The position numbers were made by a program, and so were the translations under genes. From positions 58,032,001-58,096,000 of the forward strand of contig OZ038378.1 in NCBI GenBank assembly GCA_964036045.1: a stretch of DNA of 64,000 nucleotides. The letters run 5' to 3'. Of this stretch, positions 20,978-34,441 are shown piece by piece (positions within the stretch are counted from its first letter, which is position 1; every line of letters starts with the position of its first letter). This DNA comes from Eutreptiella sp. 'Long Island Sound 2002'. Lineage: Eukaryota; Protista; Euglenida. Below the pieces are notes generated by a model that saw only the letters and a program-made list of their open reading frames with translations, searched no databases and had not been told where the DNA came from.

Positions 20978-22629
20978 ATGGATATTCCTCTTATTGAGGC
21001 CCTGTGGGCTCTAACTGCAGTCACTTTGCGGCGCTACACCGATTTGCAATGTCCCAAGGCCCGGCGGCGGCGGTTGAAGGTTGTTCAGAGGCTTGTTCGA
21101 GTTCTCTTGGGGGATCCCAACATTGTGTGTGGCACCAAAACCAAGGGAGAAGTCTGTTTAAGTGGTGGGTCGTGCACAGCCCTCTCTGCCCCACTTGGTG
21201 GCCATCTTGCATTCGCAGCTCAGAGGCATGAGGCCGTGAGCATGCTATGCATGTTTCCTAGCGGGCCTTTTTGCGAATGCGTCGCCGTTGTACCCAACGG
21301 GACCTAAGGACCGTTCGGCAACGGATCATGCCCTACTTTCCCCAAGCAACTATTATCAGGTCCACTACACGCCGCAATAGTGTAGGTGCCCATGTGCCTT
21401 TGCAGTCAATTGTGCATACTGCAATATCTATGGCCCGAGTTTTCGGGAAACCCCCCCCCCGCTAGCGGTGTTGCCAATGTTGTCATCTCAGTGGATGCGA
21501 CTTGCTTGTGGAAGGCATCCTCTACCCGTGCGGTTGTATGGGCCAATGTATGGGGGGGGGGGCAAAGTATGCTGCGAAGGTGAAGCTATGGGCCTCATGG
21601 TTTTGCATGGATGGCGGGGACGAACGCGCTTCGTTGAGAAGCCCTGACATCTCTGCCAACCTCAATCAAGAGGTCGGGGAGGTGGAGGAGGACATTGTCC
21701 TCTTCCAAAACCAATTTTTGACTTGAATTGTTATTTCGACGGGGGATAGGAAACAGTTGCAAGCAATTCGCGGGGCTGGCTCCAACTGTTGGTTGTGCAA
21801 AGACCCCAATGGTATTGTTACGCAAAGGGTGCTGGAGTTCACCTCCAGATGGGGGGCATTTTTTAGATGTGTGAACCCTGACAGACGGCCGGGGGACTAC
21901 CAACATGTAACATGCCGAATTCTAAACGGCATTGCAATGCGCACTGAGACCACCCTTCAGGCCCTCCCCCCTGATACCCCTGGTAAGGCCCAAGCTCTTG
22001 CAGCTTTGCAGGTCTTGAAACAAGCCCTCAAGGATGCGACCTCAGGCATTCCTCTGAGGGAACGTCTCCCCTCGGCCTCAAGGGCCCAGGAAAAAGATTT
22101 TGATCTTACGAGCACCAAAGTGTTCCTCACCCCCCCCCCCTTTCCAAAGGCAATTTGTGGATTGCCTCAAAGAGCATGTCCCCTCCGTGAGGACCCCTGG
22201 TGGACCTCCATTATCGGTTGTTGTGCATTTCATGGTGAAATGCATTGAGGGTTTGTATGAGCTTTTGAGTGTGAGGGAGATGTACACTCTAGCCCAAGTG
22301 GAGTGCCACCGTGCGTTGCCCACAAAGTTTTCCAAAGCTTGGGGAGACTCAGGTTGGTCCTCCACCAGGTGGATCCATTGGTGCTTGGCACATTCTACTT
22401 TTTTTTTGCTGAGAAGTGGAGGAACATTTTTCAGTTTTCCTCCATCCGCACAGAGTATACGCATGGGCTTTACAAGAGGAGCCTCAAAAATTGTTTCAAG
22501 GGTGGGTCTTTGGTGAGGCCAAGTCTGTCCCTGTGCCACATGCACCATTGCATGTCCATGAACGCCTTGGAGCAAGGGCTTTTGGGACCATAGGCAGCCA
22601 AGGCCTCGGAAATTCAGGAGTTTGTGTGA
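20978..22629 (+). pseudogene. Family A transposase M2, copy 2
   Basis: VDATCLW (21491), CWLC, GDYQHVTCR, WIHWCLAH, then after a 2-nt poly-T slip FSSIRTEYTH. Confidence 0.75.
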
Positions 22630-22961
22630 AGAAAGACCAAAAATGCTTTGTGCCAAGCGTTTTGCCTTGTTTGTCCTAGTGAGGGATGGAGGAGAGGTGC
22701 GCGATGAGTACCCGCCATAACTGCGCGATAACTGAGTTGTTGCGCGATAACTAGTGCTTTAACTAGTTAGAGCAAGGTGCTCTAAGTCTGCTCTAAGTCT
22801 GCTCGAACTCAAAAGACCACTTTGCCCCCCCCCCCCCTACAAACCACGCCTCTGACGAGGGTTGTGTGGGGAAAGAAAGGGGATGGGGGGTTTTTTGAGG
22901 GTGCCGAATGCATTTTTTTTAGGTGGTTTGCCCCAAAATTGAGGCTAGGTGGGTGTTCCAA

Positions 22962-23517
22962 AAATTGTGCTCTAACTAGGGGTTACGCACCACGCCCTAG
23001 AACGCCACATCCCATAGGTAATCTTTTCCCACAGGACGTGGCACATGCACGTGCCTTGCACAAAGCCCATGGAACCAAAGGGATAAAAGCACCCACGTAC
23101 CCGCACACCATTCACACTACAGGGACACACAATTGGGTAATAGTAGTCATCCGCTCGACCCCCCATTCTGAAGCTACCCACAACGAGCAACAACTCAATG
23201 CTGATTTTCCGGACAGCTTGAACGACTGGAAAATACAACAAATTGTGCTCTAACTAGCGGTTACGCACCACGCCCTAGAACGCCACATCCCATAGGTAAT
23301 CTTTTCCCACAGGACGTGGCACATGCACGTGCCTTGCACAAAGCCCATGGAACCAAAGGGATAAAAGCACCCACATACCCGTAAACCATGCACACTACAG
23401 GGACACACAATTGGGTAATAGTAGTCATCCGCTCGACCCCCCATTCTGAAGCTACCCACAGCGAGCAACAACTCAATGCTGATTTTCCGGACAGCTTGAA
23501 CGACTGGAAAATACAAC
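22962..23517. repeat. 278-bp direct tandem duplication (22962-23239 and 23240-23517)
   Basis: Near-identical units starting AAATTGTGCTCTAACTAG and ending GAAAATACAAC. Confidence 0.95.
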
Positions 23518-24587
23518 GCAAGCCTTATATGCGGTGGCTTGTGAGGTGTGCGTTCCACAAACAACTCACAGAAGCTGTGCTGAACGACCACAATCCATGG
23601 CAGCAGTACGTTACAGCATGAGGCATCATGCTCCATCCAATGAACGCATTCCGAATTTCTATTGATGCTAAGCGGGCCCTTCCCCCGGTGAAGATGTCGC
23701 CACTGAAAACCTGTCTCTTGGCGTGCCGGAGAGCACAGGCACACTTTGCTTTGCCCAACTCTATTACGCTACATGTCCCGTTTGTAACTAAAGCTGAATG
23801 GCTGCAGTTACGGAAGCCATGTGCTGAGTTTTTCCGTGATACACCATACCCCAGAGCGTTAGGGCCGTACGTAGCAGCTATGCTAGGAATACCCCTTACC
23901 ATACTCCTGAAAATGTTACGTGCCTTCTGTGAAGATTGACTCACTGATGGTTACCAGCACTACCTGCAGAGGTCCACTAACACAGCGTGCTATGGCTGCG
24001 TGAAGGATCGCCAGGCAACACAATATGAAGGAGCATGGTTGTTCCAAGAAAGAGAATGTGGTGTCACAGTATGGTGAGCGTTACGAGGTAGGTTTCCGTG
24101 CCCAAAAGAAGTGCAGAACGCTGCCGTGCCGCTGGCAACTACTTCCAAAAATATCTTCCTGTGTGAATGCCATCCGAGGCCGACTACAAAAAATATGTGT
24201 CTTTCCTATCAAACTTGCAGCCCGCATGCATGAAAATGCGATTACCATGATATATGGGTATAACAACCTACATTCTACCCTCCCCCCTCAACACCACCTC
24301 AAATCTTTTCACAAAGAAGACTTTGAACACGTGCTTGTGCGACTCGATTAGAACACGCATTGTTTTGCACCCGTTTGCTCCACATTTTTCTTGTCAGCTA
24401 GCGGTTACAAGCCTAGACGCCGGCAACGGCCGGTTGTTCCATACCTTCCCTTCGATCACCCATGTGTACACTATGTACCTCTTATAATTCTACCCGCTAG
24501 TACTGTACCACTAGTTGTGCCTCGTCTCAACTTTTGTTTGCGTCTCCAATGTTTAGGCGGTTTTCCTGTCTTTGTTTTTGTTAACCC

Positions 24588-25202
24588 ATGGACGGGGTTG
24601 AGTGGCCTAATCAGAACCAACAAGGGTCAGCCGAGGAGGGACTGGCAGCACAAGCCAAAGAAATTCAAGAACTCAGAGAGCAACTCGCCCGAGTGGCAGT
24701 GAAGGAGGGGCCCCGCTTGCCCCCGATGAGCGTGCCAGAGATAAACCGAGCCCTCGAGAAGCCCCAATTGGCACAGTGGATGAGACTCATGCTGTCCAAC
24801 ATCAAGGCGTACGTGCGCCTTAGAGCAGGTGAGGTGGGGGAGATCCCCCGCCCGAGCGAGTTCGGCGGCCAGGCAACGGAGGCCGCGGTCGACCCAAGGG
24901 AACAGCTGGCGTGGAGGGTCTGGGGTTGCGTGTCCCAGTCCCAGGCTGCGTATGCTCGCAGGTATGCAGGAACGCACGGGAAGTCCAGCTCCGAGTCCAG
25001 CCAGTACGCCACGTTGGAGGAGGCATGGAAGGAGCAAGGATCGGCTTTCACGTGGGGGAGCGTGAAATTCAGGGAGGTGGGAGGGGTACTGCAGTGGCAA
25101 TCGAGGCAGGGCGACTGGATCCCTGTGGACTCGCCGCCGAGCGGAGGGTGCCAGAGGTGCGCGCAGCGGGGCTCCCCCGACGAACGCCATTGGCACTTGT
25201 GA
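24588..25202 (+). CDS. Gag-like protein with C-terminal zinc knuckle
   Basis: N-terminal coiled coil. CQRC...H WHL* is followed in frame by C (TGA probably from TGG), giving Cx2Cx9Hx4C. Confidence 0.6.
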   Translation: MDGVEWPNQNQQGSAEEGLAAQAKEIQELREQLARVAVKEGPRLPPMSVPEINRALEKPQLAQWMRLMLSNIKAYVRLRAGEVGEIPRPSEFGGQATEAAVDPREQLAWRVWGCVSQSQAAYARRYAGTHGKSSSESSQYATLEEAWKEQGSAFTWGSVKFREVGGVLQWQSRQGDWIPVDSPPSGGCQRCAQRGSPDERHWHL

Positions 25203-25339
25203 TGCCCACACTGGTCCTGACAGGACCGGCTGGAGACCGGACCGGCCGCCCTGGGCTCCGGCGCTGCGGACAAGGCGGCGGAGCTGCGGGCGCTCGCCCG
25301 CCGGTGGGAGACAGCAGCCCGGACGGACGACCCCTGCTC

Positions 25340-26774
25340 ACCGGAAGAAAGCGCCATGCAGTCCTGGAGACCGCGAACCGCTCGCAGTACGCGTCCCGAC
25401 TCCGGGCCTTGGCGGCTTACGCGGACCGCGCAGGCCCGCCTGATACAGCCGCGGCACTGGCAGGCCTCCTGGCAGAGCGGGCGCAAGCCGGCGCTACAGC
25501 GTCAGCCCTGCGGGGTATTACTTCCGCGGTCCGAGCTGTGGAGGACCTCCAGTGGCTGCCGCCAAACAGTCACCACCTTGCACAAAAGGATCGCGGCGGG
25601 AGCCGCCTCCTCGGGCTCTCAGCCCTATCTGTCCCCAGCAGGCTTGGTTCAGCTGGTCGAAAAGGCCAGAGACTCCAGAAACGGAGCGGTGTTCAGCGTG
25701 TTGGCCATCATCAGCTCGGTATGCTACCTACGGGTGGGCGAAGCAGTTGGCATCCGGGTTACTGACCTGGCTATGCCAGGCTTTATCCAGTTCTGGAACT
25801 CCAAGACAGGGGAGGAGGGGTACACCACCGGACCCCTGTACAGGTATGCGGACGGCATCCGTGCGTGGCTTCATAGCCACATGGTCTCGCTAGGCCGATC
25901 CTCGGACATGCTCGTCTGGCAGTCAGGGGAAGCGGGATTGGAGGCGGGCATGGCAGAAACCCTGGCGAGCACCGCCCACGCCCGAGCCAGGTGGCACGCC
26001 CTGCGTAGGGGGGGCGCAGCAGCGACTTGGGCCCGTAAACCAGACCTCGCCTACTACAAATGGTGGGGCAGATGGCAGAGCACGGCCGTGGCGATGCAAT
26101 ACGGCACCAAATGGTCCGACCCGGGAGTCGTTGCCCCTACAGTACTGCCCGCATGGTCCCGTGACCAGAGGCCTTTGCCGACTCCGGAGCGTGTGGGCGT
26201 CCTGGCCCTGTGGGGCTCTCCGATGTTCCCCAGTATCGTGAGCGCCCTCAACACCCCGACCAAGCGCAAACCGAGGCGTCCGCGAGGTCAGGAGCTGGAG
26301 TCCACCGCGAGCGGCACAGTTGGGAGCGGAGGCGACGGAGAGCAAGCCGCGACCGAGCTGGAGGAGTCCGGCGGGGATGGCTCTGCTGAGATGGGCCCGG
26401 GGCCTGATACGGCTCCTACCCTCCCTCCACTTCAGCCTTTGGCCTCTGCCATTGAGCGCGGCGCCGTGTCTCGGGAAGATGCGGGTGAGCTGTGCACGGT
26501 GGCGGGTCCTCTGGTTGCCGTGGGGCGGGGGGCGTGCGGGCCGGGGACGGCAGCCGGGCCCATCAATGTCGACTCCGACGTGGACACCGATGACAACAGC
26601 GAGGATTCCGGAAGCGAGCTCTCTGGCGACTTCGCAGTCGGCAGCGCCAGGGGTTCCCCCGGGCGTCGACAGGCCGGAGTCGCCAAGTTCGTGGGGCGGG
26701 AGCGTAAACCGTGGTCCTCCAGGGCAGCCGTTGGTCCTGTCAGAGGGGGACCCGCAGCGGGCTCGAAAGCTTGA
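25340..26774 (+). pseudogene. Tyrosine recombinase (one frameshift near 25565)
   Basis: YLRVGE (R), WNSKT (K), WHALRRGG (HxxR, about 25993-26016), WWGRW, AMQY (about 26100), followed by a low-complexity tail. Confidence 0.85.
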
Positions 26775-27097
26775 GTGGTGGGCCGTGTCCACCGCACATA
26801 CACGGGGCCGCGTCGCGCTAAGGTGGTCGTGGGTGGTACGCAGGCCGTGCGATCCCGAGCCCCCGCACGCCGTCAAGCTGGGAGACCTCGTTTGGCCCAG
26901 CAGATCGCCGCGCCGGAGCCCAAGCGCATCAAGCTCGGGCCAGGCGGGCATGTCCGGACGCCGGAGACGCAAGGTCCGGTGGAGGGTGCCTTCGTGGCTG
27001 CAGCTGAGCGTCTCAAGGCCAAGGCTAGGGGGCGGGCGGGCCCAGTGGCGTCGCCCCCCCCCCCCCCCTCTGTAAGGGTCCCGACAGGGGTGGGAGG

Positions 27098-28256
27098 GTG
27101 CAGGAACAGCCCCCCCTCTTCCTGGAGTTCATGCAGACACTCACCCCCCATTTTCACTGGATAGCCGAGCGGGAACGTTGTGGCTTGTGGATGGTTGCGA
27201 AGAGGGTGGATTTGTGGTTGAATAGAGTCTTCGATACAGCCGAGGATTTCCGCTTGCAGGGGGCTTTACCCGCTCTCCTGAGCGCCTGGCGCACGCTCCA
27301 CCCGGACGCCTGGGAGGCATGCCTCCATGTCAACAACTCCCCCATTCCGCGGTTCATGGGGGGGGTCGAGGATGCCATTTTGGACCGGGGATTGGGGCCG
27401 ATAGGCACCCACCAGCTCCTTGAAGATCTGTGGGACGCTATAGTTCCGCCCTTCTACCGCGGGGGGCTCCAAGATTTTGACGTCGAGCGGGAGTGGCAGG
27501 ACGGGGACAGGGTGGTCAGAGGGGCAACCCGATGGGTGTCGCAGCAGGTCCAGAGGATAGTGCAGGCGTTGAGGGGGGCGGGGGTCTACGAGGAGACGGC
27601 TGACCCCCCCCCCCCCACGTGTTACCCCTTCGTCATCTCCAAGTCCTCCGAGAAGGTATCCTTGATCTTGAGTTGCGTCAAGATCAACAAGAGTGATGGG
27701 GGCAAACCCCCCACTTTTAGATTGGATTCCTGGGAGGATTTGGCCAGGTCCTTATCGGCATTCCCGCCTGATGTGGGCCTCTACGGGCTTCACATTGACC
27801 TCAAAAATGCGTTTTGGAGCTTTTGCTTGCCCCAGGGTGCGCGCCAGGTTTTTCGCTTCCGGCCCGCCCCCGGGGCTCCGCCTGTGGCGCTGTTGCGCCT
27901 GCCCTTTGGCTGGAAATACGGCCCCTATCTGTGCCAAACGAGTTTGGCTCGCATTCTCCGGGGGGTGCTGCCCCCCGAGATACTCCTTGTGCACTACCTC
28001 GATGACTTTTTGCTCGTCTTCACTGATAGGGAGGTGCTCAGGGAGGCGGGGCGAGCGGCGGTGCGTGCCCTGATCGAGGCTTGGTTCCTCATAAGTCCTA
28101 AGAGTGTCCTGGACCCGGTGCCTGTAGCGTCATTCCTGGGGAAGGAGCTTGACTTGCAGACTAGGCAGATCGGGAGCCACGAACAGGCGCTGCTCCAGTT
28201 GTGGGCGGGCTGGCTGAGACTGGCGGTTGGCGCCGGCATCGACCGGCACCTCCAAG
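27098..28256 (+). CDS. Reverse transcriptase (DIRS/VIPER type)
   Basis: HIDLKNAFWSF (27791), LPFGWKYGP, VHYLDD (27995-28006), FLG. Confidence 0.9.
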
Positions 28257-28699
28257 TCCTGTGCAGTTTTCTTGTGCTCTGCTTGTGCAAACTACCCCTG
28301 CTCAAGAAGCACCTTGGCTCTACATATATGCGCACCGGGTTGTCTCTTATGGCCACATTGCTGAAAGGCTACCACTTCTCCACATATCATGGTACCCCCC
28401 CACCGCACGTCTTCAGTTGAGAAGTCAAACTGGGACGCCTTGTGGCAGTATGTGTTTATGCACGAAGTTGATGAGACGTCGCGCCCCATACATCTTTCCC
28501 CCGTCTAGCCGAACACCGGTGCGCCACGGGATGCGCCCCCAAACGAAAAAAAGAAATGGGCTCTGCCAGCGGTCATTCTTCCTGGAAAAATAAAAGGTTG
28601 ACGGCATCCCAGCGATTGCAAGTGGAGCTTGCGAAACCGCGGGAAATTTTTACATAGGCCAAACACGCACGGCGCACCGTCCTCAGAAAGGGTGGCCGA

Positions 28700-29800
28700 T
28701 GCCTGTCCCTTCTCCTCAAAGTGTATACACACACATTTTTCAGCTTGGAGATCCTGGCTCAAGCGCACCTGATCCACGGTTTCCTACACCCTGCAACAGA
28801 AGAATACAAACGCCTCGGGATCTTGATAGGAACCTTTGAAATAGACATTGGTTGCATTTTTCCAAGTATCATACGTGACCGTGTCCCATTAGCTTGGCAA
28901 TGCCGGAGCGACAGGTACGACCCACTCCATCCACTCAGACGAGCGGAGACAACCAGGTTCGTTTCGCAGGCGAAAGGAAATGCCTGGGACATGTACAGTC
29001 TGTGGTCTAAAGACCCGGTTACTATGGTAGTTTGAGCGTTCCCGAAATACATGAACTCATGAAAGTCGACCTATTTTTGTATTATTTCTTTCAACTAAGG
29101 ATCAAAATTGTGGGAACAATTCTCTAGCGCTGCAATTGGCCGTGCTATGTCGACACAAAACGCCAAGACATACCTCATTTCCATTGACAGCCTAGTCCCA
29201 TGGGGATAGTTTTTGCCTGGAGACGTGAAACTTGGCCGGTTGAGGGACAATATCTTTTCCATATGTCCCCACCACGAAATTCCACTATGGATGGCTAAGA
29301 TCAAATGTGTGCCGAGTGAGCTATATAGATTGGATAGGTCTGTAGAGCAAGCGGGCAGGAGGTTGTGTTTCTTAGAAGTCAAGATGGACTGTCACGATGA
29401 GCAGATTGAGTGGGGTATGAAAAATAAAGTTCTACTATCACACGTCACCGACTGCCCACCCACACTCCGATACCCGTTCATTGCTTAGATGATACATGGG
29501 ATCATGCGTGCTGTGGCCCACAAGTCGCTACAGATCGCCACGAGTGTGCAGCATCGCGTCAACAATTTCAGACAGTCATAATGGGAGTTCTCGTAGAAAG
29601 CGTATCCTAAATCATAATGCGAGGGGGTCCTCCGCACTGCCTTCCAAAAGCATCCACCACCAAATGACGGCCGACCACAACTGCATGCGCCTATCATTAG
29701 AGATGATTGGACATGGGTGTGCACGGTGCACCCAGGGCATGCATGGCTACACCCCACTTCTACATTACGTGTGTTCGACCCTAAGACAAAACTCCACAGC
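28700..29800 (+). pseudogene. Penelope-like reverse transcriptase remnant
   Basis: AWDMYSLWSKDP resembles D-x-x-SLYTNxP. WEQFSSAAIGRAMS..AKTYL resembles Q..G.AMG.P.S..AN.Y. RLRDNIF resembles RYxDDIF. Also CFLEV and a KAYP thumb-like motif. Confidence 0.55.
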
Positions 29801-30159
29801 CTCAAGACCTTCCATGGGGTGCGCCGCTAGAAGGGGTACGCAGAAACTCCCCTCATTTTTGGGTACCGCAAGAACCACGATGTGCACGCGTTTTCAATGC
29901 CTAAGAGTCACTTCACCACTTGCTATAAGTGTCCTAAATCTGAAGCAAGCCGAGGTTGTGAAGGGTCACACGCTACGTTGAATTCCCAAAAATGACCAAA
30001 AGCGGACAAAGGTGGGTTCCAGCAGGGGTTCAAGCGCAGAAAGGGGGGTTCCAGCAACGTTCCAGCAGTGGGTTCCAGCGCACAAAGGGGTTCCAGCAAG
30101 GGGTTCCAGCAGGGGTTTCAGCACCTTTGTTTCACCATTGTTCCCTTGCATTTCAGCCC

Positions 30160-32195
30160 ACATGCCTTTGTTGGCCTTCTTGGTCGACTGAACCACGGCT
30201 GCCCGGGCTGTCATGTGCACTCCGGGCTATGTCGGCCCCGATGGTTTTGCTTCACCGACCTCATTGCCCACCCCGACACCAAGGTGGTGATCCCCTCGGG
30301 CAACACCATTGCCCGCATCCGCGTCACCCGCACCCTCTTCGCCGACGACAAGCAGCCTTGCGCCCTCACCAATTGGCTGCACGGGGTCCTGGAGGGCAAC
30401 CCCCACGTGCCGATCTTGCAGGTCCGGCTGCACACCGACCATATGGATGATGTTGTTGAGACGTGCACCGGACGGGTGAACCCCACCATGAACAAGACGC
30501 TACGGCCTCACGCGGGGACGGAGGGCACCACGCTCCTCTTCGCCGCCCACAAGCCCACCACCAAGAAGGCCGGGAAGGACAAGTACCCCTTCAAGCACCC
30601 GGACCTCAACACCCTCCGCAACGTGGTGGACAGCAAGCCCGCCATGTCCTGCCACAACTGCTCCCTCACCGGCCACTCTCCCTACCGCTGGAAGCCGGCG
30701 TTCGTGGGGTTGCCTACGCCGGTGCTCATGGAGAGCGAGGACGTAGTCTTGCTCATCCCCATGTGCCACGCTCTGCCGCTCATTGGGACAAGCGAACCGT
30801 TGAAGCAAGTTGATGTCTTCCGGGAAGTGAACGAGGACGTGTCGCGTTGGATCAGACGGGCCACGTATCCTAGCAAGAATTCTTGGTGAAGGATGGCCAG
30901 ATGCTGGCGAACATGAAAACCTAGGCCGACACCGTTGGCTAGACCTGGGGCGGCACCTTCAACGTGGCATTGCCAAGCCCAAACCGGCCACCCGATCCGG
31001 GCGACAGGTTTGCGGTGTACGCAGTGATTCCAACGGGCAGTGGGGGTCAAGATGAAGGTCTTCAGCTTCCTCACGTCATACTTTGGGCGCAAAGGGTTGT
31101 GCAAGGCCTCTCCACGAAGTACACGGGTCTATTCTTGCTGAAGGTTGGGTACGTGCGTGCAATGTCGGATCAGCCACAGCTATGGCATCGGGATATGCCG
31201 CTAGAATTGCAAAACCTTGGGGTGGAGCACGCCTTCTCTTGCTTCATGCGTGTGAATCTGGACTGCCCTACGGACGGCCGCGAGAACATATTTGTGTACC
31301 GTTTTGGCTTTGGTGTTCCCTACCCGTGGCAAGAGGTCTTGATGAGTATGCTGGCGGGCGACCTGTGGATCCTGAGCACTTACATCACTCACGGTGTTGG
31401 GGCTATCCCGAGTGAAGCCCCGGCTGGATCAACTCGTACGATCTCTTTCGCCACCATTGCGCTATGCCGCATCGACTGTGATCATTCTTCCACCCTGGGC
31501 CGAAGCCCCCGCGCCACAGCTATCGCTGCCGTTGACAAAAGCCGTGCATTGTACAATAGCCCGGTGCAACCGCCTGGTGAAGGCCGACCAGCCGCCGAAG
31601 TGTGTCGCTTGTGACGACAGTACTCTTTGTGATGTGCATGTGGGTCAACTTGGCGCAGACTGTCAGAGGGATTCCGGGGAGGATGCGCCTGCGGTGAACG
31701 GCGCGCCTGCTGAGAAGGATGCCGAGGGAGTAGAGGATGTTTATGAGGGGACGCAGAAGATTGTGGAGGAGGATCTTTGTGGGTTTGTGGCTCTGGTGAT
31801 CATGCACTTGTTCCAAACGGTGCTGCACACCACCCATCGCCCAGGGCCATTGGCGGCAGAGATTTCAGTAGGCCCGGTGAGCGACGTGTCTGCCCAACCT
31901 TGCGCCCCTGAAGATTGTCCCGTGGGCCCATTTGTCCACGAGGAGGAGGAGTTGTTAGCCCCGAACCCAAGCAACTTTCTTGTCATTGCCACACAGCCGG
32001 GCAGCCTGATGGTCCTGCGCGAAGGCCAGGTGGGTGGGCCGGCAGTGGAGGACAATGTGGATCCCCCCGTCGCCCAAATCCTGTGATGGGATGTGGCAAG
32101 CAGCCACCCACGCGTCGTCGACACATCTGTCTTCATCCAATTGGGGCTTCTGGTGGCCAACCCTGAGCGCACGACGCCTTGCCAACATGTATGTG
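30160..32195 (+). pseudogene. Cassette C dioxygenase, copy 2
   Basis: PQLWHRD (His 31186), AGDLWILSTYITHGVGA, STRTISF. Confidence 0.7.
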
Positions 32196-32525
32196 CATGG
32201 AGTGCGGTGGGGTTGAAGCCTTAGGCAAAACTTGCGTCGGGGGGGTGGGGGGGGGTGCTGAAAGGTCGCTCGAAGGGGTGCTGGAAGGGGTTCCAACGCT
32301 GGAAGGGTCTGTTGGAAGGCTGCCACGACGGCGCAAAAATGGGTTTCAGCGCTAGAAGAGTCCGCTGGAAGGGTGTGCTGGAAGGGGGTTCACGCGCTGG
32401 AAGGGGGGTTCCAGCAGGGTTCCAGCAGATGGTTCCGGTGCACAAGGGGATTCGCGCAAGGTTCAAGCAGGGTTTGGAGCAGGCGTTGTACCACCCCCAC
32501 TGCTTCTCCTTTAATGCAACTGTTG

Positions 32526-33614
32526 ATGGCGAGCCTCAAGTGGTGCAACGGGACGAGGCGGTGGCTGAGGTGCTCAGGGGAGAGGGGACAGTGCCAGTGC
32601 TGCAGCATCTATGGTGGATACACTGTCGGTCGTGTGGCAGCCTCGCAAGGTGGTGACTTGGCAAGTGAGTGTAGCGGCGCAGCCGGGGGCCGTTGCGGAG
32701 CTAATGTTCCAATCTAGTCAAACTCCGTGGTACAAGGTTTTGGAGCTCAATATGGCGACAACGAGCGGTCCCAAAGTGGTGTGCACGTTTTCGGTGCGAA
32801 TGAAGCGGCGCAAGGCAAGAAGCGGGCGGAGTTAATGTTTGGTGTTGGGAAACGGCTGCACCGATTTTGGTCATAACATATGTACCATGAGGAGGACGGG
32901 CGGAGCGTGTGTTATGGTCTCCGGGGGCTGCAAGGCGTTGGCGGAGAAGAGGTTCCGGAGTCCGTCATGAAGGCGTTTGCTGCGTGGGTGAAGGAGCGCA
33001 AAGACAGTTACATTTAAATTGGTTTCCAGGGGCACACAAACGGCGCTGCGATTGAGGTGGAAGGAGACGTCGAAGATGAGGAGGACAAGGATGAGCCGAA
33101 GGATAGGCCCAAAGACAAAGACAGACGCAAGGACAAAGGCAAGGAAGAGCCAAAGGAGAACACTAAGGACAAAGGCTAGCACAAGGACAAGGCCCAGACC
33201 ACCCGGGTGGCGATGTCACAACAGTGCCAGCAATCCCAGCAGTCCCAGCCAGTGGTTGACGTTCAGCCTATGGCTAACGAGGTGGTACAACGGTGCAAGG
33301 ACGCCTGACGCAGTACATGAGTGTGACCTTGAGCGATTGCGCCCCCTCGGCGGTGGCAAAGCGATGTCTGACGCCTCCAAGAGCAATTCAGAGACATTGA
33401 TTGGCCGGATGACGAAGCACCTTTAGACGCAGCGCACGGGACGGGCGAACGCCGAGGCCTAATTGGACAATGAGCGGAAACGGGTTAGGGAGTTGGAGCC
33501 TGGAGAATGAGAGTATCAAAAAGCAGTTGGTGGAGAGGAACACCAAGACCGCTAAAGCAAGCAACTGGGAAAGCAGCTGTTGGCGGTGATGGCGGCCAAT
33601 TACAAGAAGGAGTA
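32526..33614 (+). pseudogene. Cassette D, copy 2 (longer N-terminus)
   Basis: Cys-containing N-terminal stretch, KD-rich region and coiled coil, with several stops. Confidence 0.5.
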
Positions 33615-34441
33615 GGCACTAGATATTAGACTTTTCGGAACGGGAGATGACACTTGTTGGGAACGGGAGATGAGATGTGTTGGGACGTGGAGATGATACC
33701 TATTGGAACGGGAGATAACACCTGGGAGTTGTGTCCTGTTGGTTGCAGTGCAAGTCTACGGTGACCAGGCCTTTCCCTAGAGTGACCCACATGTGCATGT
33801 ACATGGTGCTGTACGATTGTGTTGATGGCACTGCGCCACCTTAAACAAAGAGAAACCTTTTTTGCTTTCTGGCCCTGGGGTGCGCGTTACCTCGCGCACG
33901 ACATTAGTCGCGCTGATCACGATGTGCCTAGGGTGATGTCACGAGTGGGAGGCTACACATAGCCTACCCATTGCGGACATCACCGAGATTTCAGCCTTAT
34001 ACGCTTGCATGCATTCATCGGCCCAAAGTTGTCCTATACCATGGTATTCTTTGTCATTTTGGAATCAAGTGAAGGTGTGGCGCCGTGCGGTGCGGGTTTG
34101 TGGTAGTACATTGATACATTGCACATTCATAATCGTTAGACCGCTTTGACCGCTTCACTGTGCCTGTGCCTGTACCTTCGGGGGGGGGGGGGTCTCAATG
34201 CGAGAGCAAGGCAAAATAGTGTGGGGGGGTCCCAGTGCTGGAAGGGGATGTTGGAAGGGGTGCCGAAAGGGGATCCGGCGCTGGAAGGGTGTGCTGGAAG
34301 ACGGTTCCAGCAAGGGGTTCCGGCGCTGGAAGGGGTTCCAACAAGGGTTCCAGCAAAGGTTTCTAGCGCAAAAAGGGGTTCCAGCAAGGGGTTCGAGCGG
34401 GGGTTCCAGCCGTCCTAATTGTCCCGTTTGTCACAGAAACC

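Larger units (their letters stand above)
18768..23010 (+). mobile_element. Family A copy 2 (cassettes M1 and M2)
   Basis: Colinear with copy 1. Has a roughly 480-bp 5' M1 segment (18870-19345) absent from copy 1. Confidence 0.85.
24450..28256 (+). mobile_element. Tyrosine-recombinase retrotransposon with gag-YR-RT order (VIPER/TATE-like), 3' truncated
   Basis: Three consecutive + strand coding regions with gag-like, YR and RT motifs. No RNase H seen after the RT. Boundaries are approximate. Confidence 0.8.

Noticed and set aside
23300-24400. GIY-YIG endonuclease or PLE N-terminus
   Set aside because: It looks like decayed coding sequence but has no convincing motif. Left unassigned.
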